Shown here in pieces: positions 1 to 9,689 of a stretch of DNA of 64,000 bases (positions within the stretch are counted from its first letter, which is position 1; every line of letters starts with the position of its first letter). The position numbers were made by a program, and so were the translations under genes. The stretch is from assembly GCA_963724295.1 (NCBI GenBank), contig CAVRUC010000010.1, forward strand, positions 96,001 to 160,000, given 5' to 3'. The notes under the pieces are model-generated. The model did no database searches, had not been told where the DNA came from, and worked only from the letters and a program-made list of their open reading frames with translations. The stretch is from an uncultured Chloroflexia bacterium. Lineage in GTDB: Bacteria; Chloroflexota; Chloroflexia; Thermomicrobiales; UBA6265.

Positions 1-1285
1 CGTCCGTCGTCACCAGCACCCGGTCGACCCGGCGGCCATCCATGTCGACGACCTCGAAGCGATGCCCGCTCCAATCGGTGGTGTCGCCGACGTCAGGGAT
101 CCGCTCCAGACGCGACATCAGGAAACCACCCAGGGTCTCATAGTCCCCGTTCTCTTCACCCGGGAGTGGGTCGTCGATCTCGAGCACGTCGCGCACTTCG
201 TGCACCGGCAGCGCACCGTCGAGCAACCAGGAGCCGTCGTCCCGGCGCACGACTTCTCCACTCCGCTCCTGGGAGACCGCCAGGTCACCGGTGATGGCTT
301 CCATGAGATCATGCAGGGAGATCAGCCCCTGGATACCGCCATATTCGTCGACGACCATCGCCGCGTTGCTGGCTCGGTCGCGGAAGCGCTGCAGCACCTC
401 CAGCGCCGGCATCGACTCGGGAACGATCAGGGCTGGCTCGGTCAACGCGCGCAGATCGATGGGGTCGCCGCTGAGCGAGGCGGCCCACAGTGACTTGACC
501 GGCGCCATCCCCACCAGCCGATCGAGATCGCCCTCATAGACGGGGAAGATCTGATGCGGCGAAGCGGCCATCTTGCGGAAGCTCTCGTCCAGAGGATCGT
601 CAACGTCGAGGGCGACCAGTCGATACCGCGGAGTCATCAACTCGCGAGCTTCGCGGTCCCCAAGGTCGAAGATCCCTTCGACCATCTCATGCTCGGCTGG
701 AGCAAACACTCCCGCCGCCGCCCCCTCCTGAAGCAGGATCTCGATCTCTTCTTCTGTGATGGGCGGGTCGCCGGCGTGTCGCACTCCAAGGAGGCGCAGG
801 ATGAGGTCCGAGGAAGCGCCGAGGAATGTGACGAGAGGAGCCGCGACCTTGGAGAGGAGATTCATCGGCTGAGCGACCGCCATGGCGAGCCGCTCCGGGT
901 TCTGCAGTGCCAGGCGCTTCGGCACCAGCTCGCCGACGAGGAGCGAGAGGTAGGTGACGAGCCCGACGACGAGGACCACCGCGATCGTCTGGCTGTACGG
1001 GGCGATGGCCGGAACACGTGCCAGATACCGCGCCACCGGCTCGGAAAGCGTCGCGCCGCCGTAGAAGCCTGTGATGATGCCGATGAGCGTGATACCGATC
1101 TGGACGGTCGACAGAAATCGGTTTGGATGCTCGGCCAGCCGCAGCGCCGCCGCGGCGCGTTCGTCGCCTTCTTCAGCCCATTGCTGCAGCCGTGTCTTGC
1201 GCGCCGAGGCGACAGCCAGCTCGGACATGGCAAACACGCCATTGAGCAGAAAGAGGATGAAAAGCAGGATGATATCCAACGCCAC
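1..1285 (-). CDS. Hemolysin/CorC-HlyC family CNNM-CBS domain membrane protein (3' end runs off window)
   Basis: Manual translation from GTG at 1285: ALDIILLFILFLLNGVFAMSEL (CNNM/DUF21 start). The same frame ends FEVVDMDGRRVDRVLV (CorC_HlyC C-terminal motif). Not in the ORF track because it is truncated. Confidence 0.9.
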   Translation of the reverse strand, partial: MALDIILLFILFLLNGVFAMSELAVASARKTRLQQWAEEGDERAAAALRLAEHPNRFLSTVQIGITLIGIITGFYGGATLSEPVARYLARVPAIAPYSQTIAVVLVVGLVTYLSLLVGELVPKRLALQNPERLAMAVAQPMNLLSKVAAPLVTFLGASSDLILRLLGVRHAGDPPITEEEIEILLQEGAAAGVFAPAEHEMVEGIFDLGDREARELMTPRYRLVALDVDDPLDESFRKMAASPHQIFPVYEGDLDRLVGMAPVKSLWAASLSGDPIDLRALTEPALIVPESMPALEVLQRFRDRASNAAMVVDEYGGIQGLISLHDLMEAITGDLAVSQERSGEVVRRDDGSWLLDGALPVHEVRDVLEIDDPLPGEENGDYETLGGFLMSRLERIPDVGDTTDWSGHRFEVVDMDGRRVDRVLVTTD

Positions 1286-1372
1286 CTTAGGTTCCCTGAC
1301 CGGTGCCAAACGCACGTCCGGCGCGCCAGAACCTGGCGCGCCGGAGGTCATGCACAATCGATGCGAGCGGTT

Positions 1373-2203
1373 TCAACTGGTAGCCGGACTCTCCACCGGT
1401 TGGCGAGCGAACAGCCGGGCGATAATGATGCCGGCCTCATAGAGCAGGTACAACGGAAAGAAGACGATCGCCATATTGAACGGGTCGGTCGACGGCGTAA
1501 TCACTGCCGACAGGATGAGCAGGATCAGGATCGCGTATTTGCGGAAGGAGCGCATCTTCGCCGGGCTCGCCACGCCGAGCTTGGCCAGAATGAACATCAC
1601 CACCGGCAGCTGGAACGCCAGTCCCAACCCCAACATCAGCGTCAGGAAGAAGGTGATGACAGAGCTGCCCTCCGGACTCCACTCGAACAGGTCATTCATG
1701 AAGCCAGAGAGAAACGTCAACGCCCGCGGCGCGGCAAAGAAGAAGGCATACGCCACGCCGAGCAGGAATAGCAGGACGACAAACGGCATCGAGAGATAGA
1801 GCAGCCGCTTTTCCTTCTTCGTCAGCCCAGGTACCAGGAACCCCACCAACTGCCACATCAACACCGGCAGTGCGATGCCGATCGCGATGTAGAGGGCGAT
1901 CTTGAAATAGAGCGTGATCGGATCGGTCGGACTGACGACGTCGAAGCCCCCGATGGCGTTGGCTTCGATCTGGAGCCGCTTGAGGAGTGGACCCGCCAGG
2001 AAGATACCAGCGACGAATGCGACGCCAATCGCAATCACGCTCTTGACGATCCGGTCGCGCAGCTCCTCCATGTGCTCGAGGAGCGTCATCTCCTCGAAAA
2101 CGTCGGGCTCGTTGGGATCCGGCAACCGCGGTCGCGACGGCAGTCTGGCCGGAAGCTTGATCGGGATCTTCTTCAGTTTTGGCGGTTTCAGTGCGCGGGC
2201 CAT
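1373..2203 (-). CDS. tatC: Twin-arginine translocase subunit TatC
   Basis: EMTLLEHMEELRDR, FLVPGLTKKEKR, FQLPVV and AVITPSTDPFN motifs; about 6 TM helices. Confidence 0.95.
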   Translation of the reverse strand: MARALKPPKLKKIPIKLPARLPSRPRLPDPNEPDVFEEMTLLEHMEELRDRIVKSVIAIGVAFVAGIFLAGPLLKRLQIEANAIGGFDVVSPTDPITLYFKIALYIAIGIALPVLMWQLVGFLVPGLTKKEKRLLYLSMPFVVLLFLLGVAYAFFFAAPRALTFLSGFMNDLFEWSPEGSSVITFFLTLMLGLGLAFQLPVVMFILAKLGVASPAKMRSFRKYAILILLILSAVITPSTDPFNMAIVFFPLYLLYEAGIIIARLFARQPVESPATS

Positions 2204-2326
2204 GAGTGGCTCTCTCCAGTCGGTGTGCGGGTGCCGGGCGTGATCGCCGGGGGAGCGGAACGGACGAAGTCGTGCCCCCGCTCGGCCGAGATATGCGGCT
2301 ACCCGCGTCTCACCGCGGACCGCACG

Positions 2327-2563
2327 CTACCCGCTGTGCTCGTCGATATATTGCACCGCATCCGAGACGGTGCGGATATTTTCGGCATCCTCGTCCTTGA
2401 TCTCGAGGTCGAACTCCTGCTCCATCGCCATGATGACTTCGACCAGGTCGAGCGAATCGGCGTTGAGATCGCCGATGAACTCGGAGTCCATCGCTACTTT
2501 GTCTTCGTCGACGCCGAGCCTGTCGGCGACGATCACACGAACGCGCTCAAACGTCGTAGCCAC
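2327..2563 (-). CDS. acpP: Acyl carrier protein
   Basis: [20 protein letters not shown] phosphopantetheine site; GTG start at 2563 with upstream GGAGG. Confidence 0.95.
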   Translation of the reverse strand: MATTFERVRVIVADRLGVDEDKVAMDSEFIGDLNADSLDLVEVIMAMEQEFDLEIKDEDAENIRTVSDAVQYIDEHSG

Positions 2564-2754
2564 CCTCGATCCTCCCCACCATACGCCGCACGACACGGAC
2601 GCGTTGGTTCAACGGAGACCCTTCCCCAGGTCTTGCACGTGCAGCAGGTTCCGCGGTACAGCCGCCATCGGCAAAAACCGCGATCGGGCGCGCCTTCAGC
2701 CGTTCGGACCTGACCGCGGCGATGATACACCCTCCCCTGCATGCCGACCATGCG

Positions 2755-2883
2755 AGTCCCCTCATCCCCAACCCTTCTCCCCTCGGAGCGGGGAGAAGGG
2801 AGCACGATCCCGGACACGAGTGGCGCCCCTCTCCAAGCGCACTGGGCCGGGTACCCTCTGGGTGGCGGTTGGGGTGAGGGACT
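2755..2883. repeat. MITE/REPIN-like palindromic element with imperfect terminal inverted repeats
   Basis: Left end AGTCCCCTCATCCCCAACC and right end GGTTGGGGTGAGGGACT are near reverse complements; internal hairpin CCCTTCTCCCC-N7-GGGGAGAAGGG. Confidence 0.6.
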
Positions 2884-3396
2884 ATTGCTTCGCCGCTGAC
2901 GTTTCATTCGCGCGGGGGTGCGCTTCGAGAATCGTGCGCAGCACGCCGTTGATAAACCGTCCGGAGTTCTCCCCCCGAAACTCTTGGCGAGCTCGACGCC
3001 CTCATTGATGACGACTTTCGGCGGCACGTTCGGGGCATGCAGCAGCTCATATGCCGCCAGTCGCAAGACGTTGCGCTCGATGGCGGCTTGCTCGGCGAGA
3101 TCGCGCGCCGGCGCCGCTCCGGCGATGACCGGATCGAGCGATGTGCGATGCTGGCCGACGCCCCGCACGAGTGTTTGCACATGCGCGACCACGTCAGGGG
3201 TGACAGGCTCATGCTCCGCGAACGCCCGCGCCATGGCTTCTTCCGGATCGTGGTCTGTCAGGTCGATCTCGTAGAGCACCTGCAGAGCAAGCATTCGCCC
3301 CTGGTGGCGGCGCGCCGCGACATCGGCCGAGGATCCCCGACTTCGTCCTCCACGCCGTGCGGGTTTCGATACGACGTGCTCCTCTTCGGTCGTCAC
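2882..3396 (-). CDS. nusB: Transcription antitermination factor NusB, with a 1-nt frameshift in the C6 run at 2971-2976
   Basis: RMLALQVLYEID...IERNVLRLAAYELL...PPKVVINEGVELAKSFGG. Adding one G to the homopolymer continues as ENSGRFINGVLRTI to TAG at 2882-2884. Confidence 0.9.
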
Positions 3397-3451
3397 CGCT
3401 GCTCCTCGGATTCCATCGTTTGCGCGTTTGCCTGAGTGCGTGGACCCGAGA

Positions 3452-4864
3452 TCAGACCTCGGCCAGGACGGCTTCGTCATTGGCGTCCGGACTCGTCATG
3501 ACCTGCTGCCGGGCCACGGCGCGCGAGATGAACCCGGTGTCATACGTCCCCGCGCGAAACTCGTCGTCCGCGACAATGCTCCGCAAGAACGATACCGTCT
3601 GTGGCACCCCGGTGATCACCGTCTCGGTCAAGGCGCGCTCCATCCGCGCCGCCGCCTCGTCGCGGTCCCGACCCCAGGCAATGATCTTCCCCAGCAGCGA
3701 ATCGTAGTACGGCGGCACGCTGTACCCGGCGTAGAGGTGAGAATCGACCCGGACACCGGGTCCGCCGGGCGCCACGTAGGTCTCGACCGTGCCGATGCTC
3801 GGTGCAAAGTCGTTTGTCGCATCTTCGGCGGTGATCCGGCATTCGATCGCGTGCCCACGCGGCTCGCGGTCACGTTCGGTCAGCGTGAGGCGAGCTCCGG
3901 CGGCAATGCGGATCTGCCACGCCACGAGATCGAGCCCGGTGGTCATCTCCGTGACCGGGTGCTCGACCTGGATCCGCGTGTTCATCTCCATGAAGTAGTA
4001 ATTGCCGTTGGTATCGACCAGGAATTCGAGCGTTCCCGCGTTGGTGTAGCGCGCCGCTTTGGCGCCTTTCACGGCTGCGCTGAGGAGGGCGTCACGGGTC
4101 TTCCGCGCCAGGTTTGGCGCGGGGGCTTCTTCGATCAATTTCTGATGTCGACGCTGGATCGAGCAATCGCGCTCGCCGACGGCCAGCACGTTGCCGGTGT
4201 TGTCGGCCAGCACCTGAACCTCGACATGGCGGGGGCGGTCGATAAATCGCTCCAGGTAGACATCCCCGTTGCCAAATGCCGCCTCGGCTTCCGCCTGGGC
4301 CAGGGGCAGCGCACGCGTCAGATCAGTCTCATCTCGCACGGTCCGCATCCCGCGGCCACCTCCGCCGGCGACCGCCTTGACCAGCAGCGGATACCCAATA
4401 CGGCGCGCGATCTGACGGGCCTCGCCCAGGTTTTGCAGCGGACCGTCACTGCCGGGCACGATGGGAACGCCCGCCTTTTTCATCATCTTGCGGGCCTCAG
4501 CCTTGTTCCCCATCAGTTCGATGACTTCCGGACGCGGACCAATGAAGGTCACCCCGACCTGCCCGCAGACCTCGGCCAGATAGGGATTCTCGGCGAGAAA
4601 CCCGTAGCCCGGATGAATGGCGTCGCACCCGGTGATCAGCGCCGCGCTGACGATCGCCGGGATGTTGTTATAGGAGCGCGCTGCCTGCGCCGGACCGATA
4701 CAGACCGCTTCATCCGCGAGCCGGACCGGAAGTGAGTCGCGGTCGGCGTCGCTGTACGCGACCACGGCGCGCAAACCCAGGTCGTGGCAGGCGCGCAGGA
4801 TGCGCAGCGCGATCTCGCCGCGATTGGCGATCAGGATCTTTCGGAATAGCGGTTGATCAGACAT
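3452..4864 (-). CDS. accC: Acetyl-CoA carboxylase biotin carboxylase subunit
   Basis: KILIANRGEIA, HPGYGFLAEN, GGGGRGM, EMNTRIQVEHPVTE, PYYDSL. Confidence 0.95.
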   Translation of the reverse strand: MSDQPLFRKILIANRGEIALRILRACHDLGLRAVVAYSDADRDSLPVRLADEAVCIGPAQAARSYNNIPAIVSAALITGCDAIHPGYGFLAENPYLAEVCGQVGVTFIGPRPEVIELMGNKAEARKMMKKAGVPIVPGSDGPLQNLGEARQIARRIGYPLLVKAVAGGGGRGMRTVRDETDLTRALPLAQAEAEAAFGNGDVYLERFIDRPRHVEVQVLADNTGNVLAVGERDCSIQRRHQKLIEEAPAPNLARKTRDALLSAAVKGAKAARYTNAGTLEFLVDTNGNYYFMEMNTRIQVEHPVTEMTTGLDLVAWQIRIAAGARLTLTERDREPRGHAIECRITAEDATNDFAPSIGTVETYVAPGGPGVRVDSHLYAGYSVPPYYDSLLGKIIAWGRDRDEAAARMERALTETVITGVPQTVSFLRSIVADDEFRAGTYDTGFISRAVARQQVMTSPDANDEAVLAEV

Positions 4865-4967
4865 CGGCGTGCGGCGTGGGATACCCTCTCGCGTCGCTTA
4901 CGGCCCGGACGGCAAGCATAGTCCAGAGGCGACTTGCGTCATCACGGAGCCGTTGCGCCGCATGCGA

Positions 4968-5471
4968 TCACCCGCCCTGAGCCTCGCGATCGTCGGCCAT
5001 GGCCTGCTCGCGTGATCCGGCATGCCAGTCGCCGATGCGCTGGGCAAGCGCGGGATCTGCCACGCCCAGAATCTTCGCCGCCGCCAGCGCCGCGGCCTCC
5101 GGCTCCAGCACGAGCATTGGCGCCACTCCGCCCGGCATACGCACCGTCGAGAGGAGATCCATGCCAGCGAAACGCTCCCCGTAGGGCGGGCAAGCGATGA
5201 CGGGGTGGCGCGAGTTGGCATCGACGACGCCCGAGAGCGCGTTGGAGCGGCCGGCGACCGTGACGTACACGTGAGGCTGACCATCCTGTTCATAGGCGTC
5301 GAGGAGGTCGAGGAGATATCGCGTCACCCTGTGTGCAGAAGCGATCCGCGTTTCGTGAGTGACCCCGAAGCGGTCAAGCCCGCGCGCGATCGCCGCGCGA
5401 TGCTCCATGTCGGACCTTGATCCGAGCAGGATGATAACCTGTGGTCCCAGTGTGCTCCCCGAACCGTCCAT
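4968..5471 (-). CDS. purE: AIR carboxylase family protein PurE (class II-like)
   Basis: GSRSD, ASAHR, VAGRSNALSG, PVIACPP, STVRMPGGV; last gene of the pur operon. Confidence 0.9.
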   Translation of the reverse strand: MDGSGSTLGPQVIILLGSRSDMEHRAAIARGLDRFGVTHETRIASAHRVTRYLLDLLDAYEQDGQPHVYVTVAGRSNALSGVVDANSRHPVIACPPYGERFAGMDLLSTVRMPGGVAPMLVLEPEAAALAAAKILGVADPALAQRIGDWHAGSREQAMADDREAQGG

Positions 5472-5478
5472 CAACCCC

Positions 5479-6147
5479 CTACCTCTCTACGTTCGTCGCC
5501 GAAACCGCCGCTAGCGCCATGGCGACTCCACGGGGCAGGAGCCGGTGCTCGACGGACTTGATCCGCTCATGCAGCCCGTCCTCGTCGTCGCCAGGCAGAA
5601 TCGGCACTTCCTCACGCAGGATGACCGGACCGCAGTCCACGACGTTCGTCACGTAGTGGACCGTCGCTCCGGTAGCCGGCAGCCGTTGCCTGAGCGCATC
5701 TCGCACTGTGCGGGGACCGCGTAACGCTGGCAGGCGCCCGTGGCTGGTGAGCACCTCAACGCCATCGCCATCCGGGAGGAGTGCCGGGTGCACGTTGACG
5801 ATCCGCCCCGGAAACGCATTCAGGAACCACGGGCTGAGGATCAGCATCCAACCGGCAAGGACGATCAGATCGGGCTCGAAGGCGCCCGTCACCGCGGCCA
5901 GCCGGCGGTCATAGGCTTCACGCACGCCCGGATCGCGGCGATCGGCGAGCGGCAGCAAGACCGTGGCCACCCCAGCGGCCGCCGCTCGCCGCAAAGCGCC
6001 GGCATCGACACGGTTGCTGACGACCACGGCCACCTCGGCCTCGAGCGTGCCGCATGCGGTGGCGTCGAGCAGCGCTTGCAGGTTCGTCCCGGAGCCAGAG
6101 GCGAGCACCGCGATCCGGGGCGAGGGCAAGCGCGCGTACTCGTTCAC
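5479..6147 (-). CDS. purN: Phosphoribosylglycinamide formyltransferase
   Basis: RIAVLASGSGTNLQALL, LAGWMLIL, NVHPALLP, TGATVHYV..VDCGPVI; start is GTG 6147 or 6159. Confidence 0.9.
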   Translation of the reverse strand: MNEYARLPSPRIAVLASGSGTNLQALLDATACGTLEAEVAVVVSNRVDAGALRRAAAAGVATVLLPLADRRDPGVREAYDRRLAAVTGAFEPDLIVLAGWMLILSPWFLNAFPGRIVNVHPALLPDGDGVEVLTSHGRLPALRGPRTVRDALRQRLPATGATVHYVTNVVDCGPVILREEVPILPGDDEDGLHERIKSVEHRLLPRGVAMALAAVSATNVER

Positions 6148-6155
6148 GGTCGAGC

Positions 6156-7461
6156 TCACGCCGGTAGGGATACCAGGGACATCGCGACGTCGCGGCGTAG
6201 CTGCATGCCGTCGAACTGGATCATATCCGCCGCCGCGTACGCACGCTCCGCCGCAGTGGGCTAGATCGGCCCCCGTGCCGACGACCGACAGAACTCGACC
6301 ACCGCTTGTGACGAGCCGCCCGTTGCGCTCGCCGGTTCCAGCGTGGAAGACGCGCGCTCCGCTCTGGAGCGCGGCTTCGATGCCATGGATTGGATCCCCC
6401 GCACGCGGCCGCTCAGGGTACCCGTCCGCCGCGAGGACGACGCACACGGCGGCGCCGGGGTGCGTCGCGATGGTCTCGGTCGCGAGCCGTCCCTCGGCGC
6501 AGGCTAGCAATAACTCCCCCAGGTCGAGATCGAGCAGGGGCACGATGACCTGCGTCTCCGGATCGCCGAAGCGGCAGTTGAACTCGAGCGCCATCGGCCC
6601 CGCGGAGGTCAGCATCAGCCCGGCATAGAGCGCGCCGCGATAGGGCCGCCCCTCGGCCCGTAGCCCGGCGACGGCCGGCTCGAGTACGCACTGGCGCACA
6701 CGAGCCAGGAGGTCCGGATCGAGATCATTCACCGGCGCGTAACTACCCATGCCTCCGGTGTTCGGACCCAGGTCGCCGTCCCGCAGCCGCTTGTAGTCCC
6801 GCGCCGGGGGCAGCATCGCGATCCGCTCGCCGTCGACGACGGCGATCACGCTCAGCTCCTCCCCTTCGAGGAACGCTTCGATCACGACCCGGTCGCCGGC
6901 CGCCTGAAACGCCCGATCAACCAGCATCGAGTGGACCGCGTCCTCGGCCTCGGCCTGGGTCGCGCAGATCAACACACCTTTGCCAGCCGCCAGACCGTCG
7001 GCCTTCACCACCAGGGGCGCGCCGGCCGTCCGGATGAAGTCGACGGCCGTTTCCAGCTCGGTGAATACGCCATACGGCGCCGTCGGAATACCGTGCCGGC
7101 GCATGAAGTCCTTGGCAAAAGCCTTCGACCACTCCAACTCCGCGGCGGCACGACTGGGACCGAACACGGGGATGCCACGCGCATCGAGATGATCGGCCAG
7201 CCCCAGCGCCAGCGGCGCCTCCGGACCGACGATGACCAAGCCCATGTCATGGGTCTCGGCCCAATCGGCGATAACTTCCACATCCGTGATGGGAAGATCC
7301 ACTGTTCGCGCCACTGTCGCGATCCCAGGATTCCCGGGCGCCGCCCAGACTCCTCCTACCGACGGCGAGCGCGCAAGCGCCCACACCAAGGCGTGCTCTC
7401 TGGCGCCCGCGCCCACGACGAGCACGGGAAATGGCCCGGTCCGGACGGATTGAGTCATCAT
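6156..7461 (-). CDS. purD: Phosphoribosylamine-glycine ligase, with a 1-nt insertion near 6258-6260
   Basis: GAGAREHAL, VKADGLAAGKGV, GPNTGGMG, EFNCRFGDPE, TSGGRVL. Removing one base at GGG 6258-6260 restores the PurD tail TAAERAYAAADMIQFDGMQLRRDV ending TGA 6156-6158. Confidence 0.9.
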
Positions 7462-9689
7462 CGGGCAGCCGTTCCCAACTTCAGCGTGCTCGAAGCGGCG
7501 GGATCAGCCTCCAGCGCATCTTTGGCCGACGCCGTATCGACCGAAACTGGATAGCGACCCGTGAGGCACCCGAGGCATCGATTCCGCTCCCCCGCCGCGC
7601 GCAGCAGCCCCTCGAGACTGAGATAGCCGAGGGTATCGGCCCCGAGATGGCGGCGAATCTCCTCCAGATCGCGGCCATGGGCAATCAGACTCTCACGAAG
7701 CCCCATGTCGATCCCGAAGTGACAGGTGTGGGCGATCGGCGGCGCCGAGATGCGGAGGTGGATCGCCGTGGCGCCGCCCCGCCGCAGCAGATCGACGATC
7801 TGCGGCATGGTGTTGCCACGAACGATGCTGTCGTCGACGATCACCACCCGCTTGTCCTTCACCGCACCTCGTAGGGGGTTGAACTTGAGCCGGATCCCGG
7901 ATTGGCGCGAGTGCTGGTCGGGCTGGATAAAGGTGCGGCCGACATAGCGGTTCTTCACCAACCCCTCGCTCAGGGGCAGGTCCATCTCCTGGGCATAGCC
8001 GATAGCCGCCGGTACGCCGGAATCAGGGACTCCGATGACCAGGTCCGCCTGCGCCGGATGCTCCCTGGCCAGCTCGCGGCCCATCGCCACTCGCGCCTCG
8101 AAGGCCGTCTGACCGTCGAGCACGCTGTCGGGCCGGGCAAAGTAGATCTGCTCGAAGACACACAGCGCTGGTCGCGGCGGGTTCTCCATTAGGTCGGAAC
8201 GGAGGCCGGCATCGTCGAGCCGGAGAATCTCGCCCGGCTGCACATCGCGCACCAGCTCGGCCCCGACGGTGTCGAGCGCGCAGCTCTCGGAGGCGACCAG
8301 CCAGTGGTCGTCGCGCCAACCGAGGCACAGCGGGCGCAGGCCGTGTGGGTCGCGAACGGCGAAAAGCGCGTCGTTGGTGAGGATGGTGAGTGAGTACGCC
8401 CCGGAGGCCAGCTCCATCATGCGTCGGATGCGCTCTTCCCAGGTTCCCTGCCCGTGCAGGATCAAGAGTGCCAGCAGCTCGCTGTCGGAACCAGTCACCG
8501 GCTCGACGCCACGCTCCCGCACCAACCGGCGCAGCTCCAGAGCATTGACGATGTTGCCGTTGTGTCCCAGCGCCAGCGCCTGACCATCCGACTCGACCAG
8601 GATCGGTTGCGCGTTCTCGATGCGCGAGCTGCCGGTCGTGGAGTACCGCGTGTGGCCGATGGCGCCGATACCGGTCAGGGCGTCGACCTCATCAGGGCGG
8701 AAGATCTGGTCGACCCGGCCCATGCCGAGCGACACCGCGATCCGGCCGTCCTGCAGCACGGCGACACCCGCACTCTCCTGCCCCCGGTGCTGCAATGCCA
8801 TCAGCCCGATCAACGTCGTGCGCCCGACATCAGTCCCTTCGGCCCATATGCCGAAGACCCCGCAGGCCTCACGCGGCTTGTCGTCGCCAGGGTCAGACGC
8901 GGGCGCCAGCGCATTGGCAAACTCGTCGCTGAGGGCCGCGACTTGCTGATACTTGGTCAGGACGCCGCGCAGTGCCTCGTCGGTCACCTCGGTCGTGTCG
9001 CGGTAGACCTGCTTGTCGAGCATGGCCTCCTTCCGCCCACCCGGCCAGATGCGCCAGGAGTCGTTATCGATCACGTCGGCCACAAGCAACTTGCCTGCGA
9101 CGTCTCGTCCGAACTCGATCTTGAGGTCGACGAGTTGCACATCCTGCTTCGCCCAGGCGGCCTCTAGCGTCTGGAAAACCTGCCGGCCAATGTCGGTGAG
9201 GCGGTCGATCTCGTCCGCCGTCGCCACGCCATGGGCCACGATCCAGTCCGCGTCGACGAGTGGGTCGTGATTGGCGTCATCCTTGAAGAAGAGCTCGACC
9301 ACCGTCGGGTCGAATCGGGTGCCTTCCGGCACGTCGTTGCGCTTCAGATAAGAACCGGTGGCGATGCGTCGCATCACCACCTCGAGCGGAATCATGTCGC
9401 AGCGGCGAACGATCATCTCGTCAGCGGCGGGGGCGTCGATGAAATGGGTCGGGATGCCGGACGCGCGAAGATGCCGGAAGACGTTGCTCGTGGTCCGTCC
9501 ACTGAGCGCGCCTTTGCCCGGCAACTGATCGCGGCGAGCGCCGTCTCCGGCCGTAATGTCGTCCTTGTGGACGATGACTGCCTGCGCCGGATTCGCGGGG
9601 TCGGCGTAGACGACTTTGGTCTTCCCTTCGGCCAGGCGCTGTCCGCGCGCGACCTCGCGTTCGCCACCCATTCGCACCTCCACCCTCAT
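7458..9689 (-). CDS. purC-purF: PurC (SAICAR synthetase)-PurF (amidophosphoribosyltransferase) fusion
   Basis: N-terminal EGKTK, KDDITAGDG, LVDLKIEFG, DVIDNDSWR; then DKPREACGVFG, LQHRGQESAG, GHTRYST, HNGNIVN, VDDSIVRG. Four Fe-S cysteines (LCVFE, TCHFG, CLGC). Confidence 0.9.
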   Translation of the reverse strand: MRVEVRMGGEREVARGQRLAEGKTKVVYADPANPAQAVIVHKDDITAGDGARRDQLPGKGALSGRTTSNVFRHLRASGIPTHFIDAPAADEMIVRRCDMIPLEVVMRRIATGSYLKRNDVPEGTRFDPTVVELFFKDDANHDPLVDADWIVAHGVATADEIDRLTDIGRQVFQTLEAAWAKQDVQLVDLKIEFGRDVAGKLLVADVIDNDSWRIWPGGRKEAMLDKQVYRDTTEVTDEALRGVLTKYQQVAALSDEFANALAPASDPGDDKPREACGVFGIWAEGTDVGRTTLIGLMALQHRGQESAGVAVLQDGRIAVSLGMGRVDQIFRPDEVDALTGIGAIGHTRYSTTGSSRIENAQPILVESDGQALALGHNGNIVNALELRRLVRERGVEPVTGSDSELLALLILHGQGTWEERIRRMMELASGAYSLTILTNDALFAVRDPHGLRPLCLGWRDDHWLVASESCALDTVGAELVRDVQPGEILRLDDAGLRSDLMENPPRPALCVFEQIYFARPDSVLDGQTAFEARVAMGRELAREHPAQADLVIGVPDSGVPAAIGYAQEMDLPLSEGLVKNRYVGRTFIQPDQHSRQSGIRLKFNPLRGAVKDKRVVIVDDSIVRGNTMPQIVDLLRRGGATAIHLRISAPPIAHTCHFGIDMGLRESLIAHGRDLEEIRRHLGADTLGYLSLEGLLRAAGERNRCLGCLTGRYPVSVDTASAKDALEADPAASSTLKLGTAAR

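Noticed and set aside
2533..3480. 315-aa NusB with a long novel C-terminus
   Set aside because: The extension is read-through from a homopolymer frameshift across a repeat element. The true NusB end is in the adjacent frame.
5479..7461. Apparent PurD-PurN fusion (660-aa ORF)
   Set aside because: The junction peptide is not PurD-like. The real PurD tail and its TGA (6156-6158) lie in another frame, restored by removing one base at 6258-6260.
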